NCBI GenBank assembly: GCA_041744215.1
Contig: JBGTLG010000004.1
Span: 47,637-111,636 of the forward strand
Length of the DNA: 64,000 nt
From: Fimbriimonadales bacterium
GTDB taxonomy: Bacteria > Armatimonadota > Fimbriimonadia > Fimbriimonadales > ATM1
Direction: 5' to 3'
In this document: in pieces, positions 49,561 to 58,449 of the stretch
Numbering within the stretch: position 1 is the stretch's first letter
How the letters are laid out: each line of letters begins with the position of its first letter
Position numbers and translations under genes: made by a program
The notes under the pieces: model-generated
The model's input: the letters and a program-made list of their open reading frames with translations, nothing else
Told to the model about the DNA's origin: nothing
Database searches by the model: none

Positions 49561-50328
49561 CTACTGGTTGGACTCCCTCACCGGTGCCGAAGACTCAAAC
49601 GTACTCGCACGCCAACCTGAGTGATCATACAGATAGTTGCCGAGGAAGGCAATGAATAACGCGAGCATCATTCCGATTATTCCGGAGAGAATCGGACGGG
49701 TTTTGACGAAGTCCGCTAGCAGCTCATAGGTCGGCTTCTTGAGCCGACGCAGTTCTCTATCCATAATGGACAAGAAGTTTGCTGGCATTTGCTGTGATTT
49801 GAGTCTAGCTCGACACTCGTCGCAAAGTCGAGGCTTGTGCATCGAGTGGCGGATATCGAGTTTGTTTGCGTTCATGTCAAACAGGCAGCCACGAGTGTCG
49901 TCATGAGCGATTCCATACGGAGACTTTGGTATCTGATTTTTGCTAGAATAATAGACGCATGCCAAGAGATACAGATTGCGGATGACGAAGTTTTCAAGCG
50001 GCAAACGGTAGAACTCAAGGATGACCGACATCTCGTCGAGAGTTATTACGCACTTGTTGTTCCCGAGTCTTCGGACATAATATCCATCCTCCAGCGGTTT
50101 GTTGATAATCCCCACTGTCACATCGCAGTTCGCGTCATGCAGAATCACACTTTCCAACTCTTCATCGTCGTAGACCCACTCGTTTCCACCCGCATTTGGT
50201 AGTTGGGCGAGGTCTTCTACATCTACAATGCAGAAAATGTCACTCTTCCACTTTCTAATCTTGTGAAACAACAGTTCGGATTGGAAATGACCCAGCTTGA
50301 TCAGTTTTATTTTCAACGGAAGTCCCAT
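49561..50328 (-). CDS. Hypothetical protein with H..TRGCLFD...CxxC motif and C-terminal TM helix
   Basis: More AT-rich than neighbours; start at ATG 50328 (GAGT upstream); Cys pattern resembles archaemetzincin but HEXXH is absent. Confidence 0.7.
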   Translation of the reverse strand: MGLPLKIKLIKLGHFQSELLFHKIRKWKSDIFCIVDVEDLAQLPNAGGNEWVYDDEELESVILHDANCDVTVGIINKPLEDGYYVRRLGNNKCVITLDEMSVILEFYRLPLENFVIRNLYLLACVYYSSKNQIPKSPYGIAHDDTRGCLFDMNANKLDIRHSMHKPRLCDECRARLKSQQMPANFLSIMDRELRRLKKPTYELLADFVKTRPILSGIIGMMLALFIAFLGNYLYDHSGWRASTFESSAPVRESNQ

Positions 50329-50390
50329 ACTACTCACCTGCGGTTTATGCTGCCGACCGAATCCGGTCGGCTGCATAGGTATTCTATCTC

Positions 50391-51071
50391 CTATCCCGGA
50401 ATCGTCACGCTGCTGGGTTCGGAGAACGGGCCGAGTTCGCCGCGTGGCGACACCCATGCGCCGCGAACCCAAAACGTCTTCCCGATATCTTCCGGGTCAA
50501 ACGTCGGGTTGTTCGGCGTGCTCGTGTCGTCGGCGACAAACGTCATTTCCGTCGCGGGCGGCGCGGGCTGACCAACATCGACCACAGCCCCGATCAGCCG
50601 ACAAGCCCGCGCACCCGGCGCCTTGCCCCGCCGACCCGGCGCAGAACTGTCCGGCGACCAAAAGTGCACCCGCACCTCCTGCGGGCCAAACGGCTCGGCC
50701 TCCACTTCCGGCGGAACCTCTGGCGCGTTGATCGGCGACTTGGTCGTGTCGCGAATGGTGATGCCCAGCGCCGCACGCTCGGTATCGTCCACCGAGGGGC
50801 TCGCCTGAAGAATGGCGACCAGCGTTTGGGCGAACCCTTCCAGCGCATCGCGGGCGTCGTCTTTCGTCTAGGCGGCGGCCTGCGCGGCGTTTTGGGCGGT
50901 GATGTGGTCGGGGTAGGCGGTTTGCCAGTCGGCGTAGGCTGCCACCAGATTCGTCCATTCGGCCGAGAGGGGGTTGATGCCAAGAGCGGCGAGGTTCGCC
51001 GTGGCGTACGTCATGAAGGCCGTGATCCACGTGTTGAACAAGGCATCGGCGCGGGGCATGTATCCAGCCAT
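50391..51071 (-). pseudogene. Helical-bundle plus FN3-like protein interrupted by one in-frame TAG (50868-50870)
   Basis: Strong AGGAGG RBS before ATG 51071; ORFs 50868-51071 and 50391-50867 are in the same frame (AQAAA*TKDDARD); C-terminal W.RGAW..PRGE.GPFSEP FN3-like end. Confidence 0.8.
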
Positions 51072-51150
51072 TATTGACCTCCTAAGATCAGTTTGAACGT
51101 CACTCTTCGACGTAGCCTTGGTACCCTCCTTCTTGCGTTTTGGGAGCCCA

Positions 51151-51330
51151 TCCGCCTCACTCGGAAAGTGTTCCGGCTCAGCCGGAACACTTTCCCACCC
51201 GCCCGGAAAGGCTTCCGGCTCAGCCGGAACACTTTCCCGCCCACCCGGAGAAGCTCCCGGCTCAGCCGGAGAACTACCCGAGTCGGCTGGAGAAGCACCC
51301 GGCGCGCCCGTAGAACTATCCGACCCGGCT
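51151..51330. repeat. Tandem array of about 8.5 degenerate 21-bp units, several internally palindromic
   Basis: Units start 51151, 51172, 51193, 51214, 51235, 51256, 51277, 51298, 51319; TCCGGCTCAGCCGGAACACTT exact at 51172 and 51214. Confidence 0.9.
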
Positions 51331-51387
51331 GCGTCGGCCTGCAGCCGAAGGGTAGACGCCCCGCGCGAGCCGGCACGCTTGGCCGAG

Positions 51388-51466
51388 GCCACACCCCTTC
51401 CACGGGGTGTAGGCTCTGAATCGGATCCGACGGATGCCACGCCCGGTGGAACGGGTGTGGCATCCG
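51388..51466. repeat. Inverted pair of REP-like palindromes
   Basis: GCCACACCCC-TTCCAC-GGGGTGTAGGC (51388-51414) and CGGATGCCACGCCCG-GTGGAA-CGGGTGTGGCATCCG (51431-51466) are near reverse complements of each other. Confidence 0.75.
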
Positions 51467-51574
51467 GAAGCTACCGCAGCCTTCCATCGCGGACTTGCGC
51501 CAGGCCTCTCCAAAACCAAAACCGGCCGCGATGCAACAACATGCAGCGCGGCCGCGTTCCATAGTCCTCGAAGA

Positions 51575-52084
51575 CTAATGATCGAAGTGCATTTCCATGT
51601 CGCCCCAGGTGGTCTGCAAGTAGTCAATCTGCGCCGCATGGCACATTGCGTGCGTCGCGCAAAGTTGCAGCAAGAACGGCACGCTCAGCGTTCCAAATGG
51701 CGTCGGAATCTCTCGCGAGATGTCCTCAGGCTTAACGCCGTCTATCGCCGCCGCGAGGTCGGCCGTCGTCGCCTTCACCGCCGAAACGACTTCATCGCGT
51801 GTGGCCATCGCCTTTTCGGCATTGTCCATGTGGCCGATGAGTTCAGGGAGCGTCATCTCGGGCATGGTCTCGCCTCGCAGCATCGAAGCAAATGCCTGGT
51901 TGGTAACGGCGATGTGCGCGGCGAGCTGAAGGGCGGGTTTCGCCGTTGCTGATGGGCTGTGGCCAAGTTTGTCGTCGGGCACTGCGGCCAGTGTGGAAAG
52001 GAGGTACCCGGTGCTCCATTCGAGGCCCTGTTTGGCCTGTTCTTTCATTCCTTGGGTCGCGTCGGTCATAGTTGCTTCAGTCAT
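51575..52084 (-). CDS. DinB/YfiT-like four-helix metal-binding protein
   Basis: VPDDKL..SP, AAHIA, HAMCHAAQIDYLQ His triad. Confidence 0.85.
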   Translation of the reverse strand: MTEATMTDATQGMKEQAKQGLEWSTGYLLSTLAAVPDDKLGHSPSATAKPALQLAAHIAVTNQAFASMLRGETMPEMTLPELIGHMDNAEKAMATRDEVVSAVKATTADLAAAIDGVKPEDISREIPTPFGTLSVPFLLQLCATHAMCHAAQIDYLQTTWGDMEMHFDH

Positions 52085-52312
52085 GGGCCAAGCATTCCGG
52101 GCTCTGGCATCGCGCTGCCTCAGAGTGCTACAACTAACCCCTCTCATGCATGCACTTCTTTGCGTTGACGCGATAAGCTACTCCGCAACGATAACGCCAA
52201 AGTACTGCTTTCACGCGCCGGGAACAGGCCAAAGCTTGCTGAGCGCGCACATCAGAGTACGGATCCGCAATTCCAATGCCGCACCACTGCCAAAGGGTGT
52301 ATCACCGGGAGA

Positions 52313-53002
52313 TTACTCATCGTCATCAGAGTCCCAAAGCTTCTGCCGCTTTCGAACAAGCGATTGAAACTCTGAGTACATTTCCATTACTTCCAGCCTG
52401 TACTCTTCAATTCGTCCATCGAGTTCGATTGCGAAGCCCAAGAGATCGTGGAATGCTACACGACCAAGCTCCAGCTTATGATCGCAAAATTGGAACTCTC
52501 TCAGAAGCCGCGGAGAAGCAATCAACAACGTAGTCCAGCCAAGACGAAGTCCAGGGTCAACCATGATCCAGGCTTTTTGCCCATCTCTATGTCCATCGCA
52601 TGATCCCGCTGTGACAACCCCAATGGTGTTCAATAGCAGCACGATTCTCGCTATTCCAGGGTCCATCTGCAATGGACGATCATAGAACTTGATGTTGAGA
52701 TCCACCTCCCAATATGCGGTGCTTGTCTCGCCGCAAACTCCCTCCGCAAAGTTGACAATCTTCGATAGCAACTCGTTAAATCGCTCCAGATCTTCTGGGC
52801 AGGTCAAGGCTTCATTGACGAGTGACAGGAACCGCTCATTGGAGCCGTCAATGGAACGACATCGCTGAACTTGTTCCTCGATGTTACGGTCAGGGTCAAA
52901 GCCCCTGAGCCAAAGTGCAAAATCAAGTTTGTTAGCCCACCTTGAGTTCTGCTCGAGGTGGGCGATAGTCAGCGGTTCTCTTGTCCCATTTCGCATTTGC
53001 AT
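52313..53002 (-). CDS. Hypothetical protein with LN..G..T..SCDGH motif (TYW3-like fold suspected)
   Basis: MDPGIARIVLLLNTIGVVTAGSCDGH; overlaps the upstream nuclease gene. Confidence 0.65.
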   Translation of the reverse strand: MQMRNGTREPLTIAHLEQNSRWANKLDFALWLRGFDPDRNIEEQVQRCRSIDGSNERFLSLVNEALTCPEDLERFNELLSKIVNFAEGVCGETSTAYWEVDLNIKFYDRPLQMDPGIARIVLLLNTIGVVTAGSCDGHRDGQKAWIMVDPGLRLGWTTLLIASPRLLREFQFCDHKLELGRVAFHDLLGFAIELDGRIEEYRLEVMEMYSEFQSLVRKRQKLWDSDDDE

Positions 53003-53730
53003 CTTTCAGGTCCGTCCTGGATATACCTTTTGACAAATTCAATTGCGAGATCATCGCTCTTCGAACCACCTCGGTAGGCGAAGTCGTGGAACTTCTGAGC
53101 GAATCCCTTCCATTGCAGGCTTGAGTCGTCGTGAAATCGCTTTGTCGGATATCTTCTAAAACGCCCCGAAAAGAACTTTGCTATGTCGTCGAATGTCACC
53201 TGCAAAATGCGGGGATGCGTCTGTGCCAAATCGCCTTTATCAGATGATACCGTTACGTAACGCACCACATGAGTTGCCGTTTGCCCATCATCGTTTGAGT
53301 ATTCAGCATACAGTGATTTATAGATGCAGTCGGCAACTTGGTCTAAGTCTTCTTTTGGCGCAAAACCGACACGGTAAAGGGCCCGATGGATGTTACGTTT
53401 ACTTGGGTCAGTGTGTGGTCCATTGATTCTTGCATTTCCAGACTTCACTTCGACGAGATAGATCAAATGGCAGTTGGACGTTTCATTCGGAACGATTAGG
53501 GGATCGTCTTCCAATTCGACACATCCATGCGCCTCACAGGAGAGCGCGAATCGTATTGCGATTAGGTCGATATCTGTGCGTGGGGAGTTGCCCGGTTCAC
53601 CCGGATGAATGATGAATCCAGGAATCGTGAAGAAGCCGTTGAAACGGAAGTATGCCAGAGCGACGTCTTCCGCGCGTTCTCCGCGTTTCCGCCGCTCGAA
53701 TTCATCTCCTTGCTGTGGTCGCATGAACAT
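52969..53730 (-). CDS. PD-(D/E)xK nuclease-like protein
   Basis: G..AE.VA..YF..NGF, TDIDLIAIR, LVEVKSG motifs; GGAGG RBS and TAGAAT -10 upstream. Confidence 0.75.
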   Translation of the reverse strand: MFMRPQQGDEFERRKRGERAEDVALAYFRFNGFFTIPGFIIHPGEPGNSPRTDIDLIAIRFALSCEAHGCVELEDDPLIVPNETSNCHLIYLVEVKSGNARINGPHTDPSKRNIHRALYRVGFAPKEDLDQVADCIYKSLYAEYSNDDGQTATHVVRYVTVSSDKGDLAQTHPRILQVTFDDIAKFFSGRFRRYPTKRFHDDSSLQWKGFAQKFHDFAYRGGSKSDDLAIEFVKRYIQDGPERCKCEMGQENR

Positions 53731-53798
53731 GATCCTCCGGGTGCCATTCTAATCGGATCGCCCTCATTGCACCTCCTGTATACCCACACTTGGAGTGC

Positions 53799-53888
53799 CA
53801 ATGGGTTCGGCCGGGTGGCCGAGTTTGCCCCACCCGCGCGTGACGGCTTCCCCTTTGAAGTGTGAAGGGACGGGTGGCACAGACAGAT
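53799..53888 (+). repeat. Dispersed REP-like repeat, copy 1
   Basis: CAATGGGTTCGGCCGGGTGGCCGAG...CCACCCG...GTGAAGGGACGGGTGGCACAGACAGAT; similar to 62282-62348 and 63655-63689. Confidence 0.6.
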
Positions 53889-54179
53889 TCTTCAACAAAC
53901 ATCGCAAAAGGACAGCGCAGGGGAGCATCCTCTCCCGCGCAAACGCACAAGCTTCGCAAGAATTTCAACGACCCAGGGCATGCCCACGAGCTAACTTGGT
54001 CGTGTTATCGCGCGGGTACTTCGCCTCTCGTGAATAGGTCTACATCGTCATGATGAGCGTCGTCCAATTTCACAGAGGCGACACAAAAATCGGAGACCCG
54101 CGCGAACGTCTCGCATAGATGATACAATGCGCGCCTGAACCCGTTTTCGAAAGCGATCTCCGAGATTTTTGAAGAAGCC

Positions 54180-54608
54180 ATGACCGCCGATTGTTACGAG
54201 CGCACTTGGTTTCGCGACACAGAACCGAATTCCAGTTTCGTGCTCACGATTGACCAACTATCGGCCGAGCAGGCTTCGACGAAGCCGGCATGCGGACGCC
54301 ACTCCGCAGTTGCACACGCAAGACACGTTCTCGCACACATCGAGATGACGATTGGCTTTTTACGCGGCGAACAGCAGCTAGTTGATTGGGAAGAAACGTG
54401 GTCTGTGCAGCAGATGAACGACGAAGATTGGGCCACGCTGCGGTCGCGATTGAAATCGGCTTGCGACGAATTGCGCGAGCGCATGCTGGCGATCGAAGAT
54501 TGGAGCGACCCGGAATGGGTAAAGGGCGCTGTCGCCGACGTTGCCCATGCTGCCTATCACTTGGGAGCGATTCGACAAATCGCATCGGAGTTTATAAAGC
54601 GCGCGTGA
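54180..54608 (+). CDS. DinB family protein
   Basis: LSAEQAS, HSAVAHARH, HAAYHLGAIRQI. Confidence 0.85.
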   Translation: MTADCYERTWFRDTEPNSSFVLTIDQLSAEQASTKPACGRHSAVAHARHVLAHIEMTIGFLRGEQQLVDWEETWSVQQMNDEDWATLRSRLKSACDELRERMLAIEDWSDPEWVKGAVADVAHAAYHLGAIRQIASEFIKRA

Positions 54609-54712
54609 TAAGCTCTGAAACGAAACTGCGCTGCGTGGTTTGCTCTATCCCTACGTAGCGCCGTCACCATCCCAGTGTGAGTATCGGTTGCGCCTCCCGC
54701 GCAGCTCGGCGC

Positions 54713-55303
54713 TCACCGACTCAGCCACATCGTAATCAGGCTTCCTGCCGCGCCGCCCAAAGCCGCCGCAGTAAACAGCCAGAACATCACCTTCCGCGCG
54801 AATGGCCTCTCTTGACGCTCGCGTAGCCGCACATCGTGCAGTCTGAATTTCTTCGTCATGAACCCGTCCGTCGCCTCCACCCGCTCGGTCTTCGGGTTGT
54901 AGCTTACGATCGAGGCCGTGCCCCATCCCCACCAGCCCTTCCAGTTGCACATCAGTTTCTGACCGGGCAGCAAGTCCAGCGGACGAATGTCCGACGTGGG
55001 GACAGTGTGTTCACTGCCTTGCAAGAAGCGCACGCGTACCCCCCCCTCACTTGCGTCAATCACGTCGGCGACGTAGAAGTGGTCGTCGCTCGACCGGGCG
55101 AATACGCGGCTCCCGACCTCAGGCGGCACGATCATTGGCGAAAACTCCTGAATCGCCTGGATCATCGCGTCGCGTGAGATGCCGACCTCTTCTGCGGCGC
55201 GCAACAGGGCTTCGGCGTCCGCGCTGTTGCGCCACGGGCCACTCTCCTGTTCGATCTCCTCCGCGCGCGCGAGGACTTCGCGAATCTGCTCTTGCTTAAG
55301 CAT
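54713..55303 (-). CDS. Membrane protein with N-terminal helical domain, two Tudor/SH3-like domains and C-terminal TM
   Basis: GSRVFARSSDDHFYVADV...VRFLQGS and GQKLMCNWKGWWGWGTASI...ATDG repeats. Confidence 0.7.
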   Translation of the reverse strand: MLKQEQIREVLARAEEIEQESGPWRNSADAEALLRAAEEVGISRDAMIQAIQEFSPMIVPPEVGSRVFARSSDDHFYVADVIDASEGGVRVRFLQGSEHTVPTSDIRPLDLLPGQKLMCNWKGWWGWGTASIVSYNPKTERVEATDGFMTKKFRLHDVRLRERQERPFARKVMFWLFTAAALGGAAGSLITMWLSR

Positions 55304-55371
55304 GCTTCGTTTACGAGTCGTGCATCACGGCCGTTGCGGCGTTGCAAAGAGAACGTAAGCGATCGTTCGTG

Positions 55372-55872
55372 TCAGTCGAGCTTCGGCGCTTGCAGCTCTT
55401 CGCCGGACAGCGAATACCGCGCGACGACTTTCGCGTCCTTCGGGTCGGCGATCGTTCCTCCGTGTTCGCCCGACGACTCTTCGTCGTACGTGAGCTTGAC
55501 CACAAACTCCGATCCGACCTTCTCCACGTAAAAGTAATCGCCGCCGCCTGCCCACCAGCCGCCAACCGCCGAAAGCGCGGTGTCCGGAATGCCGTGATGC
55601 TCGGAGGTTAGCTTCGCGCATGCGGCTGACGCGCCGACTTTGACCGCGCGACCCCCCAAGTGCAGCATGACATCGTGAGCGGGCATACCCTCGTCCGCGC
55701 TTGTAGAGACGCAGGCGAGATAGACCTCGCTGTCCGCGAGCGCAGGCGGCGTGGGTTTGGTGTCGGTTGCGCTCTCTTGGGTCGGTGTCTCGATGGTTAC
55801 GGAACTCTCGTCCCTCGCGCAGCCGAACGCCAGGAACGAGAGGAGGGCCAAGGCTTGAGCGGTTCTTAACAT
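55372..55872 (-). CDS. Lipoprotein
   Basis: MLRTAQALALLSFLAFG^C lipobox; WWAGGGDYFY motif. Confidence 0.75.
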   Translation of the reverse strand: MLRTAQALALLSFLAFGCARDESSVTIETPTQESATDTKPTPPALADSEVYLACVSTSADEGMPAHDVMLHLGGRAVKVGASAACAKLTSEHHGIPDTALSAVGGWWAGGGDYFYVEKVGSEFVVKLTYDEESSGEHGGTIADPKDAKVVARYSLSGEELQAPKLD

Positions 55873-56051
55873 GGAAAGATTATGCACGCCCTCCGCTGCT
55901 GGCTCGGGCGAATCGCCTTCTCTCAGCGGGCAGCGCGATCCAGACGACCTCTTCCCCCATCGATCCTGGCCGGTGGAAGCATGTCGGCCCACGCCCGCTC
56001 GGCCCAGGGGGCACACCATAACCGAAGCGAATGCTGTTCTTCAAGTTTTTT

Positions 56052-56077
56052 GGAACAAACCGCGCCGAGCCCCAGTT
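56052..56077 (+). promoter_or_regulatory. Putative ECF sigma promoter
   Basis: GGAAC-N18-GTT ~40 nt upstream of the propeller gene, in a cluster with an ECF sigma. Confidence 0.5.
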
Positions 56078-56116
56078 ACGGCTGCTGGCTACCCAATACC
56101 ATTGAAGGAGAACAGA

Positions 56117-57001
56117 ATGAAAATGAGAGCGCTAATCTCGATCACTGCAATCGCCTTGATTGCGCCAGCCGTCGCTACGGAGTACCGAATCCGTGTTGTT
56201 AAGGATGGGCTTGCAAGCCCAACTGGCATCGCGGTCAGTGGCGCACACCCATTCAAAACGATCTGGTTCACCCAAGTCCCGACACCTGGCGTCCCGGGTG
56301 GTGGGAATTCGGTCGACAAGATGTTTCTGCCCACAAGGCATGTCGTTAACATCCACAGCGGCGAACCGGATCCTGTGAACATCGCGATCAGTCCATCCGG
56401 GTTCCCGTATTGGACTTGCCGGTCGGCGGGTGTGATTCTCAGGCAAACTGCGACTGGCGTCGAGCCGATACTAACTGGCTTGCAACGCCCCATCGGAATC
56501 TCATTCGACGCTCATCACAACTTGTACTTCACCCAAGTGCCTACGCCTGGCGTCGCCGGAGGAAAGAACACAGTGAATCTCTACGATGGGTCGATGATTC
56601 ACATACTCACGATGGGTGAACCCGAGCCCACCGACATCGCGGCAGATCGCTACGGAAACGCGTATTGGACGTGTAAGTCGGCCGGCGTAATCCTGAAACG
56701 AGACTCGAACGGAAATGTGTCGCTTCTACTGCATGGACTGAACAAGCCGGTTGGAATTGCGGTCGATCGAACCGGCGACAATCTCTACTTCACAGAAGTT
56801 CCGACGCCTGGCATCCCCGGAAGCATGGGCGGAGGCAACTTCGTCTGGAAATACAACGTAAACACCGGGCAGCGCGAGATCGTACATTTCGGCGATCCGG
56901 AGCCAACGGACGTCGCCGTTTCCGACGATGGCTTCGTCTATTGGACGTGCACGATTGCCGGAGTTATCATTGAGGCGAGACCAATTCCTCGCAGACACTA
57001 A
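56117..57001 (+). CDS. Secreted six-bladed beta-propeller built from three ~90-aa repeats
   Basis: AAGGAG RBS; signal peptide; GL..P.GI...FT(Q/E)VPTPG...G(E/D)P(D/E)P..IA...YWTC..AGVI occurs three times. Confidence 0.85.
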   Translation: MKMRALISITAIALIAPAVATEYRIRVVKDGLASPTGIAVSGAHPFKTIWFTQVPTPGVPGGGNSVDKMFLPTRHVVNIHSGEPDPVNIAISPSGFPYWTCRSAGVILRQTATGVEPILTGLQRPIGISFDAHHNLYFTQVPTPGVAGGKNTVNLYDGSMIHILTMGEPEPTDIAADRYGNAYWTCKSAGVILKRDSNGNVSLLLHGLNKPVGIAVDRTGDNLYFTEVPTPGIPGSMGGGNFVWKYNVNTGQREIVHFGDPEPTDVAVSDDGFVYWTCTIAGVIIEARPIPRRH

Positions 57002-57089
57002 CTTCTTCAGTTCCCCGTCATGTCAACGGCGCGGCGGGGAACCCCACGAATCCAAATGGATGAGAACCAATGAAGGTTTAATCTCTAGC

Positions 57090-57611
57090 GTGCCTGGCAA
57101 ACTGCCAAAATTGGATTTCGAAACGGCGGTTCGACCTGAGTTGTCGGTGCTTTACCGAGTAGCTCTTCGTCTGACGCGAAACGGCGCGGATTCAGAAGAC
57201 CTTGTGCAGCAAACGCTGATTAAAGCGTTTCGCAATTTTGGAAAATTCGATGGCGTTCATTTGCGGAGCTGGTTGATACGCATCCTCCGGAATGAGTTCG
57301 CCAGTTCGGTCGATCGAAGCGCCAAAATGCGAGCGGTCGAACTGAACGACGATGCCCCCGACGGTACAGTGATATGGAACGAACTGGTATGGCGGGATCA
57401 GGCGCATCGAATACTTCAGGAGATCGATCAGCTGCCCCGAGACCACGCCGTCGCGGTCCACTTGTGCGATGTAGAGGAGCTAAGCTATGAAGAAGCGGCA
57501 AGCGCTTTGGGGGTTCCTGTTGGCACGCTGAAGTCTCGACTCTCGCGTGCGCGCTCGATGATCGTCGCACGACTCAGGAACCCTGCACTACATCAAGGTG
57601 ACATAAGGTGA
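57090..57611 (+). CDS. ECF RNA polymerase sigma factor
   Basis: LYRVALRLT, EDLVQQTL, SWLIRILRN, SYEEAA..LGVPVGTLKSRLSRAR; start uncertain (57060 or 57090). Confidence 0.93.
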   Translation: MPGKLPKLDFETAVRPELSVLYRVALRLTRNGADSEDLVQQTLIKAFRNFGKFDGVHLRSWLIRILRNEFASSVDRSAKMRAVELNDDAPDGTVIWNELVWRDQAHRILQEIDQLPRDHAVAVHLCDVEELSYEEAASALGVPVGTLKSRLSRARSMIVARLRNPALHQGDIR

Positions 57612-58288
57612 GCAGCATAGATTGGCAGAGCTACGAAGATCAAACGATGGATAAGGCGACACGCGAGGATGTCGATAGTTTGTTGCGCAAAGACCAAGCG
57701 CTTCGGGAGGAACTGGCTGGGTTCCGCGCCTTTCGCGAAGCGCTGCAAACAAGCGCGCTCGGCCAAGAGGTTCCGATAGATCGGCTCAATCAAAGCCTTC
57801 GCAACGTTGTGCAATCTGCCAATGTCCGGCCTCAGCGAGTGCGATACATCGTTGCGTTCGCTGCCGCCGCTGTTGCCTTGTTCGCAGTGTTTCGCATCGT
57901 AAATCACGACCCGCTTGCCCTCGCCACGACTCCTGAAATCACCCGCATCGAAGCGAATGACACACTGGTAGCGGCGAACTGGATCAATAACACAACGCCG
58001 TTTCATATCTCCCCCCCCTCTGCGCCAGCGGGTGCAGTAGTCGTTTCGGCCAGGCGAGGGTCAAACTGGGCATGCATCGACTTTGAAATGCAGGGTGCGA
58101 CCTACCACCTCTACATTGCGAAGGACGTTGGCAAGTTCGAAAACGCGCAAAGTACCGCTCGCGCCGGGAAAGAGTTTTTTGTAGGAAAAGGCGTCGGGTG
58201 GACAAGCGACGGCCATGCATTCTATGTCCGAGGTGGAAACGAAGTGGGTCGGTGGCGGCTTGCAATTGAGGCGTCAAGCATTCGGTAG
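57608..58288 (+). CDS. Transmembrane anti-sigma factor
   Basis: 4-bp overlap with the sigma gene; ASD-like N-terminus lacking HxxxCxxC; single TM; extracytoplasmic domain. Confidence 0.8.
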   Translation: MSSIDWQSYEDQTMDKATREDVDSLLRKDQALREELAGFRAFREALQTSALGQEVPIDRLNQSLRNVVQSANVRPQRVRYIVAFAAAAVALFAVFRIVNHDPLALATTPEITRIEANDTLVAANWINNTTPFHISPPSAPAGAVVVSARRGSNWACIDFEMQGATYHLYIAKDVGKFENAQSTARAGKEFFVGKGVGWTSDGHAFYVRGGNEVGRWRLAIEASSIR

Positions 58289-58449
58289 GCGTGCTTTTGG
58301 CGGTAGCTGCTTCGAGCCACGATCGGTCACGGTGAACCCGCCCAAACTCGTGCTTCCCCGAATCCGACTCTAACACGGATGAGGGGCGGGCGAGACATTT
58401 CTTGCCGACTTGCGTGCGTTTCCGAAACCATCCCTATATAGTGAGAGCC

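Noticed and set aside
51151-51330. CRISPR array interpretation of the tandem repeats
   Set aside because: Period is 21/42 bp, intervening units resemble each other rather than being unique spacers, and no cas genes are in the window
51071-51564. Multiple ORFs on both strands across the 21-bp array, including an in-frame N-terminal extension to 51440
   Set aside because: Open frames follow from GC-rich 21-bp repeats; the strong AGGAGG RBS points to ATG 51071 as the true start, though a coding role cannot be fully excluded
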